From the NCBI GenBank assembly GCA_039586365.1, contig JBDHKN010000007.1, forward strand, positions 1-64,000: DNA of 64,000 bases, written 5' to 3'. This document shows, piece by piece, positions 39,039 through 49,476 of this stretch. The stretch is from Gemmatimonadota bacterium (GTDB lineage Bacteria > Gemmatimonadota > Gemmatimonadetes > Gemmatimonadales > GWC2-71-9). How positions within the stretch are numbered: position 1 is the first letter of the stretch; each line of letters begins with the position of its first letter. A model generated the notes under the pieces. It was not told the origin of the DNA and made no database searches. It worked only from the letters and a program-made list of their open reading frames with translations. The position numbers and the translations under genes were made by a program.

Positions 39039-40247
39039 ATGATCCGGTCGTCAACCCAGGAGCACACCAGCCCAGCCAAGCGGGACTCGCTCACCGCCAT
39101 GGCCCTGGCCAGTATCATGTCGGCCGCACCGGTCTCGGCTCAGACGGTGGATATCTCGGGCTACTTCGAGAACACCCTCCAGATCGACTATACTGTTCAG
39201 ACAAAGGAACAGCTTCTCAATGCTGCAAAACTCCGGCTGGACTTCTCGAGCAGCATCTCGAATGGCCTCGAGTTCACCGGCAACATCAACTTCATCGTGA
39301 ACGTGGGTGCGATCGAGCGGGACATAAGGCCCTATTTGCCTGATGCAACCGCACGCGAGCTAGAGTCTGCAGGTGCAACCGCTACGTATGCTCTCGATGC
39401 GACCCGGACCTTCCTCGACAATGCCTATCTCACTTGGCTAGCGGGACCAGTGCGGCTCCGGCTGGGCAAGCAGCAGCTTTCCTGGGGACCAGCCTACAGC
39501 TACAACCCCACTGACCTGTTCCATCGGAAGAATCTGCTGGACCCCACGTATGAGAAAGAAGGCGTCACCGCGATACGCACCGACTACGGGTGGGGAGTCA
39601 GCGGCCAGCTCTCGGTCATCGCCACACCGGCCGAGGACCTAGCAAGCAGCGGTTACGCCGTCCGCTTCGCAACGCATGTCGAGTCAATCGGTTACGACTT
39701 CGCAGTTACCGCACATCATGTCAGAGACTCCACGGCAATCGATCCCACAACGTTGCAACCAACTATTCAACGACGCTCTGCACTGGGCATGGAGCTATCG
39801 GGAGAGCTGCTTGGCCTTGGTGCCTGGCTCGAAGGGAACTACAACTGGATGCAGCACGATTCAGACTTCACCCGGTTCGTGCTGGGGATCGACTACACTC
39901 TGGAAGATGGGACGTACCTACTGGCTGAAGCACTCTACAACGGCCGGAACCAGCTTGACCGACCATATGCTCTGGAAGACTGGTTGGCGAACCTGTATTT
40001 CGGAGAGCCGATTGGCACTGGGTGGATCATGGCTGGCATTAGACGAGATATCAGTGAGCTTACGTTGGCCAGCATCTATCTTTTCGCCACTCCGGACGGC
40101 TCGCTTTTGGTTAATCCCCGGGTGGATGCATCCATCGCCCAGAACGCGGATCTGGTGGCGTTCAGCGCGTTCACCATCGGTAGAGAGGATGGTGCTTTCC
40201 CCTCCGGCCTCTACTCACTGTTTTGCCGAATGACGGTGTACTTTTGA
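39039..40247 (+). CDS. Outer-membrane beta-barrel (DUF1302/alginate-export-like)
   Basis: Signal peptide; LDNAYL, LRLGKQQLSWG..YSYNPTD; alternating beta strands; C-terminal ...TVYF. Confidence 0.75.
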   Translation: MIRSSTQEHTSPAKRDSLTAMALASIMSAAPVSAQTVDISGYFENTLQIDYTVQTKEQLLNAAKLRLDFSSSISNGLEFTGNINFIVNVGAIERDIRPYLPDATARELESAGATATYALDATRTFLDNAYLTWLAGPVRLRLGKQQLSWGPAYSYNPTDLFHRKNLLDPTYEKEGVTAIRTDYGWGVSGQLSVIATPAEDLASSGYAVRFATHVESIGYDFAVTAHHVRDSTAIDPTTLQPTIQRRSALGMELSGELLGLGAWLEGNYNWMQHDSDFTRFVLGIDYTLEDGTYLLAEALYNGRNQLDRPYALEDWLANLYFGEPIGTGWIMAGIRRDISELTLASIYLFATPDGSLLVNPRVDASIAQNADLVAFSAFTIGREDGAFPSGLYSLFCRMTVYF

Positions 40248-40402
40248 CAGTCTCGATTCAAATCACGGTGTGACTGCTAAGCAATGAGCCGCATAGCAGC
40301 CATCAGGAAGGTGTCCCTGGAGGTGGGCTACCACCGGCGTAGATCCACCAATAGCAAGGGCCCACGGCGGGTTCCCGGATTACACATCATAACACGTGCA
40401 CC

Positions 40403-42052
40403 ATGAGAACATGCCATCTAAGAACCCGTGGGGCAATCTCCGTGGCGCTGGGGCTATTTGTTGTCGCGTTCACCGTCACACTAGGCTGTGAACCCGCCGT
40501 GACCGGCTACCACGTCATTCCGCTGCCAAGACAGGTGACACCGAGGTCCGGCTCCTTCTGGGTGGATCAGTCAACGATCATAGCTCTGTCAAATCCCTCG
40601 GACGAAGAGTTGCTCTACCTAGGGCAGTACGGTGCGAGAATGATCGCTGACGCAGTGGGAATCCAGATCCCAGTCTCGAGTGAACCGGTGACTGGTGATG
40701 GACCTAATCAGATCGTTCTGGCCCTCTCCTCAGACAGTGCGGTGTCAAGTCCGGAGCAGTACACGCTCATCGTGGATGAGCGTTCGGTCACTATCTCTGC
40801 TCCGTATCACAGAGGGATCTTCTATGGACTGCAAACGCTGCGGCAGTTCCTCTCGGCTGAGAGTCCAGGTGTGATCCCCGCGGTCGAGATACAAGACCGT
40901 CCGAGATTCCCATATCGAGGCATGCACTTGGACGTCGGGCGTCATTTCTTCCCGGTATCGTTTGTCAAGAAATACATCGACCTGATCGCGATGTACAAGA
41001 TGAACACGTTTCACTGGCACCTCACCGAGGATCAGGGGTGGCGCATAGAGATCAAGAAGTACCCACGGCTTACGCAGATCGGAGCTTATCGCAAGGAAAC
41101 CGTGTTCGAGAGGAATTTCGACCCTTACATAGGCGACGGCATCCCGCACGGTGGATTCTACACGCAGGACGAGATTCGCGAGGTAGTGAAGTACGCACAT
41201 CAGAGATATGTGACGGTGATCCCAGAGATCGAGATGCCGGGCCATTCCACTGCCGCTCTTGCAGCCTATCCGCAGCTCGCGTGTACCGAGGGTCCCATAG
41301 AAGTATCCACCAACTGGGGCGTCCACGATGACATCTACTGCCCGAGAGAAGGGACTTTCACCTTCATACAGGACGTCTTGACTGAAGTGATAGATCTGTT
41401 TCCGAGCCAGTACATCCACATCGGAGGTGATGAGGTACCGAAGGATCGCTGGCACGACAGCGAGGTCGCTCAGGAGATAATCCGCAGAGAGGGTCTGGCG
41501 GACGAGCAGGAGCTGCAGAGCTACTTCATCCGGAGGATCGAGGCATTCCTGCTGCAACACGGCCGACGGCTTATCGGATGGGACGAGATCTTGGAAGGAG
41601 GACTAGCCCCGGAAGCGACGGTGATGTCCTGGCGCGGCCTGGAAGGTGGGATCGAAGCGGCTCACCAAGGCCACGACGTAATCATGACACCAAACAGTCA
41701 CGTCTACTTCGACCACTATCAAGGTGAACAGGAGAGCGAGCCGCTGGCAATCGGCGGATACTCTCCGCTGGACAAGGTATACCAGTTCGAGCCCGTGCCG
41801 GAAGGACTCACTGACGAAGAAGCTCGACACGTGTTGGGTGCCCAGGGAAACGTCTGGACCGAGTACATGAGGACCACGGACTACGTCGAGTACATGGTAT
41901 TTCCTCGCATGCTGGCCCTATCGGAAGTCGTGTGGTCACCTAAGGAGGCACGCAACTGGGATTCCTTCCTCCAGCGCCTGGGGCCCCACATGGAAACACT
42001 GGACAGAATCGGCGTCAACTACCGCGTTCCGGAGGAACTGCGTGACGACTAG
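40403..42052 (+). CDS. Beta-N-acetylhexosaminidase, GH20, lipoprotein
   Basis: D.PRF.YRGMHLDVGRHF, FHWHLTEDQGWR, PEIEMPGH, HIGGDE catalytic pair, WTEY. Confidence 0.96.
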   Translation: MRTCHLRTRGAISVALGLFVVAFTVTLGCEPAVTGYHVIPLPRQVTPRSGSFWVDQSTIIALSNPSDEELLYLGQYGARMIADAVGIQIPVSSEPVTGDGPNQIVLALSSDSAVSSPEQYTLIVDERSVTISAPYHRGIFYGLQTLRQFLSAESPGVIPAVEIQDRPRFPYRGMHLDVGRHFFPVSFVKKYIDLIAMYKMNTFHWHLTEDQGWRIEIKKYPRLTQIGAYRKETVFERNFDPYIGDGIPHGGFYTQDEIREVVKYAHQRYVTVIPEIEMPGHSTAALAAYPQLACTEGPIEVSTNWGVHDDIYCPREGTFTFIQDVLTEVIDLFPSQYIHIGGDEVPKDRWHDSEVAQEIIRREGLADEQELQSYFIRRIEAFLLQHGRRLIGWDEILEGGLAPEATVMSWRGLEGGIEAAHQGHDVIMTPNSHVYFDHYQGEQESEPLAIGGYSPLDKVYQFEPVPEGLTDEEARHVLGAQGNVWTEYMRTTDYVEYMVFPRMLALSEVVWSPKEARNWDSFLQRLGPHMETLDRIGVNYRVPEELRDD

Positions 42053-42204
42053 GCACTGGTGGATGTCACCAAGCTGTAGGCTGTAGTTCCCCGCCAGCGC
42101 CGTGCGCAGCGCTCGCTCAGCTACGCGTTGCAGTTCAGTGTGAGTGACAGATGCTCCCGTCCAGCCTCCGCTCACGCCCATCTCGCTGCGTTAGGCGGTA
42201 TACG

Positions 42205-42915
42205 TCAATACTTGATATCATCTCTGCCTACGGTCATGCCAATGTGACCCACGCGCCGACCCATAGTATAGAACTCACCGCTACCTGCCGTCATCCCGAA
42301 GAACGACACTGCCGAAACAACGAGCCTACCGGTATCGTCACAGACTCCTTGGTGAACGGTCGACGCCATGACCTCAGCCAAGAACACCGTCCTCGCTGGT
42401 GGGACCCGTATAGTGTCGAATACTCTACACTCGACTTGAATGGGTGACTCTTCGATTGTAGGAGCGTTTACCGTGACTGCCCGTCCACGCGTCAGCCCCG
42501 ACAACATGTACTTGTCAGCGACCCTCGAGGAATTCATGTCTACGGTGTCGAACTCGCGAACGATGTCCGCCGTCGGTACGTTCAACACGAATTCCCGATG
42601 AAGAGTCACGAGGTCACGCGCTACATGCTCATCTCCCACACTGATCCCGATCTGCGGAGGGGTGCCGTTCACCACAAAGGTCCAGACCACGGAAACCTCA
42701 TCGGGATCTCCCGGCTTGCCGTTAACAGTGAGGAGGATGGCAGGAACGGGTGGTAGCATCGGACCGGGCTCTGGGAGCGTCGCTCTGGGACCGCCACCGA
42801 CACTTGCTTCCCTCCTCGGTGTGCAATTGAGCATCCCAAGACTGGCTGCTACGGCAGCCGCAGACGTCCGCTTGAAAAAAACCCGCCGGGGAATCGTCTG
42901 TACGTAGTTCATCAT
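42205..42915 (-). CDS. Flavin reductase-like (DIM6/NTAB split-barrel) protein with Tat/lipoprotein-like leader
   Basis: RRVFFK leader then LNC; EFVLNVP, DK....GLT, P.IEESP...EC, F.AEV. Confidence 0.78.
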   Translation of the reverse strand: MMNYVQTIPRRVFFKRTSAAAVAASLGMLNCTPRREASVGGGPRATLPEPGPMLPPVPAILLTVNGKPGDPDEVSVVWTFVVNGTPPQIGISVGDEHVARDLVTLHREFVLNVPTADIVREFDTVDMNSSRVADKYMLSGLTRGRAVTVNAPTIEESPIQVECRVFDTIRVPPARTVFLAEVMASTVHQGVCDDTGRLVVSAVSFFGMTAGSGEFYTMGRRVGHIGMTVGRDDIKY

Positions 42916-43083
42916 AAGGCCTATTCTGCCATGGTACGCCTGTGCCACACTAGCGACTCTCCTGGTCAGACTCCACTGTCTGCCTAGCCTGCTCACACTA
43001 TCCGCGACACAGGCTACCATCTGAGATGTTCCGTTAGGCAGAGCCGCTCCGGATGGAGACCTGGAGTCTCGATCGCAGCCGGA

Positions 43084-44646
43084 TCAGCGTCCCAGAGGCG
43101 GAGTTGTCGCCGGCGCTCTGCGATGCATTGTCGCCTGCTCATACGAGTAGGCGAGCGCGATGAGTCTGGGCTCCGACCATGCGTCCCCGAAGATCTGCAA
43201 GCCCACCGGGAGATTCCCCCTCACATAACCCATCGGGACAGTTATCGCCGGGAAACCAGTCCCGGGGGCGAGGTCCTGGCTGTTGTCTCCGTGGGGGGTA
43301 TTCAAGTCACCAATCAAGCGCGGCGGGTTGCTCCACGTCGGATAGACCATTGCGTCCAGCTGATGAGTTTCCAGTTGGGTCCGAACCGCAGATCTCAGCT
43401 GCTCGCGGTTCGGCAACGATCGTAGGCAACTTTCGTCCTGATCCGGTGGATCTTCGACTTGCTGGAATAACTCGAGCCGTGGCCTGATCGTCGGGTGCGT
43501 TCGTCCCGATGCTATGATCTCGTCGAGGTCCTTGACCGGCGCCTCAGGACCCAACGTGGCAAGGTAGTTGTTGATGTCATACTTGAAACGGCGACACCAC
43601 AGACCGTCCCGACGCAACTCGTTCATCGCCGGAATCGTGACCGGATCGACGATCGTGGCTCCCTGACGCCGCATATCATCCAGGGCTGCCTCGAACCGCT
43701 CCAATACTTCAGGGTCTGCGCCGTCCCGATCCGACCATTGCCTCATAATGCCTATCCGGGCACCATTCAATGCAGTCGCATCGAGAAAGTCAGTGTAGTG
43801 CTCCGCCCTGTGCTCTAGGGCAGACTCAGTGACAGGATCGGCAGGATCGTGGCCTGCGATGACGTCGAAAACCGCTACCGCATCGGCCACGGTCCGCGCC
43901 ATCGGACCACCTATGTCCTTGTCGTAGTACAGTGGAATGATGCCGTCTCGGCTCGTGAGGCCCATGGTCGAGCGTATGCCGACCAACGCCTGATGGGACG
44001 AAGGCCCACGGATTGAATTACCCGTGTCAGTACCCAATCCAACAGCGCCCATGCTTGCTGCAACTGCAGCCGCGGTTCCCCCACTGGATCCAGCTGTCAC
44101 CCGGTTCAGTGCGTAGGGGTTTAGTGTATATCCGGGCAGCATGGATCCCACCGTCTCGTAGGGCGTGAACGCGAACTCAGCCATATTCGCCTTGGCGAGC
44201 ACGATTGCCCCCGCCTCGCGAATCATCTTCACCTGGAAGGCGTCGTCTTTTGGTAGCGACCCTTCGAGGGACAGTGATCCAGCTGTCGTCGGTAGGTCGT
44301 GGGTGTCGTAGTTGTCCTTGACTATGATGGGGATTCCATGTAGTGGACCCACCATTCCAGATTGAACGAAGGCTCGATCGAGATCGTCAGCTCTCTTCAA
44401 CGCATCAGGATTGAGCGTGATGATCGCATTGATGGCCGGCCCCTGCTTGTCGTACGCCTCGATCCGATCAATGTAGAGCTGCACCAGCTCGCTTGCCGTT
44501 ATCTCCCCCGCCGCCATCGCCCGGTGTATCTCGGCAATGGTCGCCTCGACCACGTCGAAGTTCTGGCCTCGAATCGCGCCAGTCGACCCGACATTCAATG
44601 CAAGGAATATGGCCAACGACGATAGTACCAACGCTGTCATGCGCAT
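43084..44646 (-). CDS. Secreted amidase-signature enzyme
   Basis: GPLHGIPIIVKDN, GSSGGTAAAVA, GTDTGNSIRGP. Start reset to MRMTAL (RBS aaggag). Confidence 0.93.
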   Translation of the reverse strand: MRMTALVLSSLAIFLALNVGSTGAIRGQNFDVVEATIAEIHRAMAAGEITASELVQLYIDRIEAYDKQGPAINAIITLNPDALKRADDLDRAFVQSGMVGPLHGIPIIVKDNYDTHDLPTTAGSLSLEGSLPKDDAFQVKMIREAGAIVLAKANMAEFAFTPYETVGSMLPGYTLNPYALNRVTAGSSGGTAAAVAASMGAVGLGTDTGNSIRGPSSHQALVGIRSTMGLTSRDGIIPLYYDKDIGGPMARTVADAVAVFDVIAGHDPADPVTESALEHRAEHYTDFLDATALNGARIGIMRQWSDRDGADPEVLERFEAALDDMRRQGATIVDPVTIPAMNELRRDGLWCRRFKYDINNYLATLGPEAPVKDLDEIIASGRTHPTIRPRLELFQQVEDPPDQDESCLRSLPNREQLRSAVRTQLETHQLDAMVYPTWSNPPRLIGDLNTPHGDNSQDLAPGTGFPAITVPMGYVRGNLPVGLQIFGDAWSEPRLIALAYSYEQATMHRRAPATTPPLGR

Positions 44647-44741
44647 GACTTCTCCTTTGGAGAGTTGCTTCCACCTGGGAATCACGCACTGTTCCGACCC
44701 GTCGCAATGCCGCGGGACGACTTGATATCTGGATGCCACGA

Positions 44742-46838
44742 CTATCGTAAGTATCTCTGCCACCACTCAAGCTCCGAGCGGTGCGCGTGCAGTTGACGCC
44801 ACGGAGTCCAACCACCGTGATACGAGTCGGGATAGCGGATGAACTTGGCCTGGACCCGCCGCTTCTTCAGAGCCACGTACATCTGTTCAGCCTCTTCAAT
44901 CGGCACCCGGTGATCCAGTTCTCCATGTAGGAACAGTGTCGGAGTTGTCACGGAGCCAGCATAGGTGAGCGGTGACAGCTCAATCATCAAATCGCGGCTC
45001 TGCTTCTCCCAAGGAGGTCCGAAGAATTCACTCTCCTTGGTGCGCGGAATGTCGGCAGTCCCATAGTCGCTCATCCAGTTCGAGATCGACGCTCTCGCGA
45101 CAGCAGCCGCAAACCGGGTCGTGTGTCCTATGATCCAGTTCGTCATGAAGCCACCGTACGAAGCACCAGTAACACCAAGTCGGTCCGGATCGACTGGATA
45201 GCGCTCCAGGACGTAGTCAACTCCTGCCATGATGTCCTGGTAGTCCAGGACACCCCACCCGCCCCAGATCGCCCACTTGAAGTCTTCGCCGTACCCGGTC
45301 GAGCCCCGTGGATTGATGTAGAGAACGAAGTACCCGTGGGCAGCCAAGAGTTGACGGCTGAACGAAAACTCATTCCCGTAGGATCCGTGCGGGCCACCAT
45401 GAATCGCAAGGACCAGCGGATATACCCGACCCTCCTCATAGCCGTGCGGATACATGAGCCACCCTTCAACCTGGGTACCGTCTTGGCTCGGGAACAAAAG
45501 GCGTTCGGCTCCACTCAATCCAAGGTCACCTGGCAGATTTCCGTTACTCCGTGTGAGCTGAGTTTCACCGGACCCATCAACCTCTGCCGTGTAGATTTCG
45601 CCAGGATGAGTAGGGTCAGCTGCACTGTAAGCGATTCGATTGTAACGCGAAGAGAGCGAAATGCCACTCAGCCGACGGTTCCCCTCAGTAATTTGCTCCA
45701 CTGGCCCGCCGGACGCAGGTACACGAAACAGATGAGTGTTGCCTCCGATTCCTGTGCTGAAGTAGATGTGCCTGCCATCGGGACTCCAGCTCGGAGCACC
45801 AGGCATGAGATCCCATTCCGCAGTGATATTGCGCAGTTCATCTCCCGAGGCGGGAACGAGAAAGAGATCGATCGGTGAGCCATGAGACTGTTTTCGTGCT
45901 ATGATGCGGTCCAGACCTTCAGAGCCACGCACCACGATCGACTGCCCGTCGGGTGACCAAGCGGGATTCGAATAGTTGAACCAGTCGTCTGTCAACCGAG
46001 TGACATTCCCCTGCAGATCCACAATCCACACGTCGGCTCTCTCATAAGAGTATTCATCTCGCTGGTGAGAATCAGCAGTGAACACCAGTGCCCTAGTATC
46101 GGAGCGCCAAGCAGGCGTCTGCACATCGACGCCCAGGTCCGTCAGCCGCCGCGGCTCCCCACCCTCCCGCTCCACGACATACAGCTCCCTCGGCGGTGTG
46201 GCTGTGAGATCACGAGGGTCACGCAAATAGCCGCGGCGATCGAACCTGTAGTTCATCCAGTCGTAGATCCGCCCGTCGAATCGTTCGTCGATCTGCCGAT
46301 CGAAATCCGATCGTGCGTCCGGCACCTTGTCCTGCAGCGGGGGTGTTGGATCGACGAACGCGATCCACCGATTATCTGGACTAAATATCGGTGTTCCTTC
46401 CACCCCCTCGATGCGAAATGCTTCACCCGCCGGCAGATCCATCCTGAGAAACCAGATCGAGTTGTCGGTCTCGCCGTTGGTTTCGACTACGCTACGGGCA
46501 GATGAAAAACTCAGCAGAGCCCCATCTGGGGACCACCGTGGATTCGAGGCGCTGAAGGCTGGGCTGGAAAGCTGGATTGCCGTTGCAGAACCATCGCTGC
46601 TCGCGAGCCAGATCTCACTGTGTATTCTGTTCTGTACCTCAATGACACGGCTGCGGACGTACGCGACGCGACGACCGTCGGGAGAGATCGCAGGACTACT
46701 CACGGACACGAGTCGATAGTAGTCCTCGAGTTCTAGCCTCCGTTGCGCCACCAGCACCGTGGGCATAACGAGTAGGAGAACGCTGAAAGCTGACATTAGG
46801 AGCTTGCGGTAGTTGGCGAGGAAGCGAGGCGACGGCAT
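44742..46838 (-). CDS. S9 acylaminoacyl-type peptidase, secreted
   Basis: PD40 propeller repeats (WSPDG), IHGGP, GASYGG, D.RVP, YH. Confidence 0.93.
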   Translation of the reverse strand: MPSPRFLANYRKLLMSAFSVLLLVMPTVLVAQRRLELEDYYRLVSVSSPAISPDGRRVAYVRSRVIEVQNRIHSEIWLASSDGSATAIQLSSPAFSASNPRWSPDGALLSFSSARSVVETNGETDNSIWFLRMDLPAGEAFRIEGVEGTPIFSPDNRWIAFVDPTPPLQDKVPDARSDFDRQIDERFDGRIYDWMNYRFDRRGYLRDPRDLTATPPRELYVVEREGGEPRRLTDLGVDVQTPAWRSDTRALVFTADSHQRDEYSYERADVWIVDLQGNVTRLTDDWFNYSNPAWSPDGQSIVVRGSEGLDRIIARKQSHGSPIDLFLVPASGDELRNITAEWDLMPGAPSWSPDGRHIYFSTGIGGNTHLFRVPASGGPVEQITEGNRRLSGISLSSRYNRIAYSAADPTHPGEIYTAEVDGSGETQLTRSNGNLPGDLGLSGAERLLFPSQDGTQVEGWLMYPHGYEEGRVYPLVLAIHGGPHGSYGNEFSFSRQLLAAHGYFVLYINPRGSTGYGEDFKWAIWGGWGVLDYQDIMAGVDYVLERYPVDPDRLGVTGASYGGFMTNWIIGHTTRFAAAVARASISNWMSDYGTADIPRTKESEFFGPPWEKQSRDLMIELSPLTYAGSVTTPTLFLHGELDHRVPIEEAEQMYVALKKRRVQAKFIRYPDSYHGGWTPWRQLHAHRSELEWWQRYLR

Positions 46839-46974
46839 TCCGATTACCTCCGAGAGTGACAGTCAGAGTCTGGCTACCGGCACTCGTCAGACTCAGTCAC
46901 GAGTTGACTCACACCAAGATGTGGGCGGTAACCGAAGCTCGCGAGTGGCATCAGTTAGGTTCCTTAATGAGAGC

Positions 46975-46998
46975 GGGGCCGCTCCAATGGGCGGCCCC
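46975..46998. terminator. GC-rich hairpin downstream of the small lipoprotein gene
   Basis: ggggccgctc-caat-gggcggcccc; weak U tract. Confidence 0.3.
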
Positions 46999-47024
46999 TA
47001 ATGACTGCAGTCGCAGCTCTCACG

Positions 47025-47459
47025 CTATTCCTGTCTGATAGGGGTGAAGAATCCCGATGAGGCGATATTCGGTGGTATGCGAAGCTCCACCAGGTCACCA
47101 GGCTGTACGGGTATCTCGTCCGATACGTACCTACCGGGAATAGTTATCATGTCGATTTCAAAGGCGAGTTCCTCAATGTGCCACGGTATTGTGAACGGCC
47201 CATTCTCACGTTTCATGCCCATCACACCCAACGGGTAACGGAGGCCCTGGTTATAGACAGCGTGCACCCGCGCTTCGTAGAAGTGATCGTTAATGACCGT
47301 AACGATGATGCTATCGCGGACCAGGGGAGTTGGTGTGTGGGCAATTGTGATGGGGTTGCCCCGGGAACAGCCTGCGACAACAATTACCAGCGCCGCTGCA
47401 ATGGTATTGCTCGACCGCAACATCCGCCCACCTCCGTAGGGCCGAGGTGCATTCGTCAT
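47025..47459 (-). CDS. Small beta-rich hypothetical lipoprotein
   Basis: Lipobox VAGC; co-oriented between two S9 genes. The start may be the second Met. Confidence 0.65.
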   Translation of the reverse strand: MTNAPRPYGGGRMLRSSNTIAAALVIVVAGCSRGNPITIAHTPTPLVRDSIIVTVINDHFYEARVHAVYNQGLRYPLGVMGMKRENGPFTIPWHIEELAFEIDMITIPGRYVSDEIPVQPGDLVELRIPPNIASSGFFTPIRQE

Positions 47460-47491
47460 GTCGAAACCCTGGTTGTGGTAGCGGGTGGCTC

Positions 47492-49384
47492 TCAGCTACC
47501 ACCTCCACCACCCATGTGCGTTTCCAGAAAATCGAGGACCGCCGCGTAGCCGCGTTCCTGGTTCTCCTTCTTCACGAAGCCGTGCCCTTCGTCATCAAAC
47601 ACTATGTACTCCACCGGAACACCATTGGCACGCACTGCGTCGACTATTTCATCTGACTCGACCTGCAGCACTCTGGGATCATTAGCTCCTTGCAGAACCA
47701 TTAGAGGCCTGACGATGTCGTCTGCGTGGAACAGCGGAGACTTGGCGCGGAAGAACTCCTCGTCATTAAAATCGCCCATCTCATCCTCCAGAGCCTTCCG
47801 CTGTGCCTCCCACCACGGTGGAATACTCTGCACCGTTCGGTGCCAATTCGAAATGCCGAACATGTCTACGCCGACCGCGAACTCCTCAGGCCTGAACGCT
47901 AGGGCAGCAAGAACCATGTAACCCCCGTAGCTGCCACCGATGATGCCGATCCGAGCTGGATCCACGTAACCCGTCTCAATCAGCATCTGCTTTGAAGCCA
48001 CACAATCGTCGAGATCGGCGCCGCCGTGCTGCCGGTCATCCATATGGGAGAAAGTCTTACCGTATCCCCCACTCCCCCGGTTGTTGATGGCGTAGACGAC
48101 GTACCCATGGTTCACCAAATACTGTATGAGACCGTTATAGCCGACACGGGACTGCCCCCCCGGACCTCCGTGCACCGACACCAAGGCGGGGGCCGGGGCG
48201 GACGAGCTGGCCCCGTACGGTTTGTAGAGAATCCCCGGAATCTCCACACCATCAAAAGAGTTGAACCGAACCACCTCAGCATCTACCAGATGACTGGGAT
48301 CGATATTCGGGTTCAGCGAGTGGGTCAGCTGCCTCGGTTCGCCGCCGCCGAGGTCGTACACGAATAGGTCACCTGGCATCCGGCTGCTGCTGGCATAGAA
48401 TCGCATCTGGCTCTCGTCATTGGAGAAACCAACGCTAGTTACTTGAGCATCCGGTATTGCAGGTGTCTCGATCGGCTGGAATGACGTACCGTCGAGGATC
48501 TTCAGTTCGGTGCGGGAATCATTGTTGATCGCATATGCGAAGTACCGACCAGCGCGGGAAAACCCCGCGTACATCACATCCCAATCCGGTTGCGCGACAA
48601 CAGCCCGCTCGCCGGTCGTCAGATTGTACTTCTCCAGAAAATCGAACTCGCTATCACGATTGGTCGTGTAGTAGAGTTCAGATCCGTCTGGGCTGAAGTC
48701 CTGCAGGAAGTAGTTGACATCGCCCTCATCCGGAGTGATCAGCTGCGTCGTTCCCGCGTCCCGGTCGTGCAGGTGGATGTCGGCGTCCGCGTTGGAGTTG
48801 ACTCTGATGAGGGCGACGTAGCGCCGGTCCGGCGACACCAGAGTCACCACGTAGGCTTCACTGTTGTCGAAGATCATCGCTCGTTCATAGGTATCGGGCG
48901 AATACTCATATACGTCCATGAACCTCGAGTTCCGCTCGTTCGTGCTAATGAAGAAGGACCTGCGATCTACGGCCCACCCCTGGAACATCGCCCTGTGATC
49001 TTCGCCAGGTGTGAGGTCAACGACTTTCCCATCCAGTTCTCGCACGAAAACGTGGTACAGTTCGTTACCCCCGCGATCACTCATGTACAGGAAGCGCTCG
49101 TCATCCGGGAAATAGCTGAGCGCCAGGATGGACTCCTCAGTCGAGTTGGTGAGTTGAACCGGTTCACCGCCCTCTACCGGAATCGCGTATGCGTTGTAGA
49201 TCCCCGTCCGGTTGCTGCTGACCAGGATGCTTTGGTTATCAGGTGAAAACGATCCACCCCTGTAGTCGGTTGTACCCAAGAATTCCTGGATGGAATATTG
49301 CGGTACATCCACCACGCGCTGGCACCCCGCGACGAGGGCTCCAATTGTCAGGAGCGCTAGCGCTACGACCGGCCGTCGAATCAT
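47492..49384 (-). CDS. S9 peptidase, lipoprotein
   Basis: Lipobox VAGC; VHGGPG, GGSYGG, NDPRV, DEGHGF. Confidence 0.93.
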   Translation of the reverse strand: MIRRPVVALALLTIGALVAGCQRVVDVPQYSIQEFLGTTDYRGGSFSPDNQSILVSSNRTGIYNAYAIPVEGGEPVQLTNSTEESILALSYFPDDERFLYMSDRGGNELYHVFVRELDGKVVDLTPGEDHRAMFQGWAVDRRSFFISTNERNSRFMDVYEYSPDTYERAMIFDNSEAYVVTLVSPDRRYVALIRVNSNADADIHLHDRDAGTTQLITPDEGDVNYFLQDFSPDGSELYYTTNRDSEFDFLEKYNLTTGERAVVAQPDWDVMYAGFSRAGRYFAYAINNDSRTELKILDGTSFQPIETPAIPDAQVTSVGFSNDESQMRFYASSSRMPGDLFVYDLGGGEPRQLTHSLNPNIDPSHLVDAEVVRFNSFDGVEIPGILYKPYGASSSAPAPALVSVHGGPGGQSRVGYNGLIQYLVNHGYVVYAINNRGSGGYGKTFSHMDDRQHGGADLDDCVASKQMLIETGYVDPARIGIIGGSYGGYMVLAALAFRPEEFAVGVDMFGISNWHRTVQSIPPWWEAQRKALEDEMGDFNDEEFFRAKSPLFHADDIVRPLMVLQGANDPRVLQVESDEIVDAVRANGVPVEYIVFDDEGHGFVKKENQERGYAAVLDFLETHMGGGGGS

Positions 49385-49476
49385 TTGATCCCCCCGGAAA
49401 CGCGTTCTGTGCAGGTTAATCTCCATGGGCACTACTCTACCGCAAGGCGATGTTCCGGCTTGAAACCGATGCCTGG

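Noticed and set aside
42053..43083. GTTAGGC motifs flanking the flavin reductase gene as integron attC sites
   Set aside because: No matching complementary core site or attC-like stem, and no integrase in the window.
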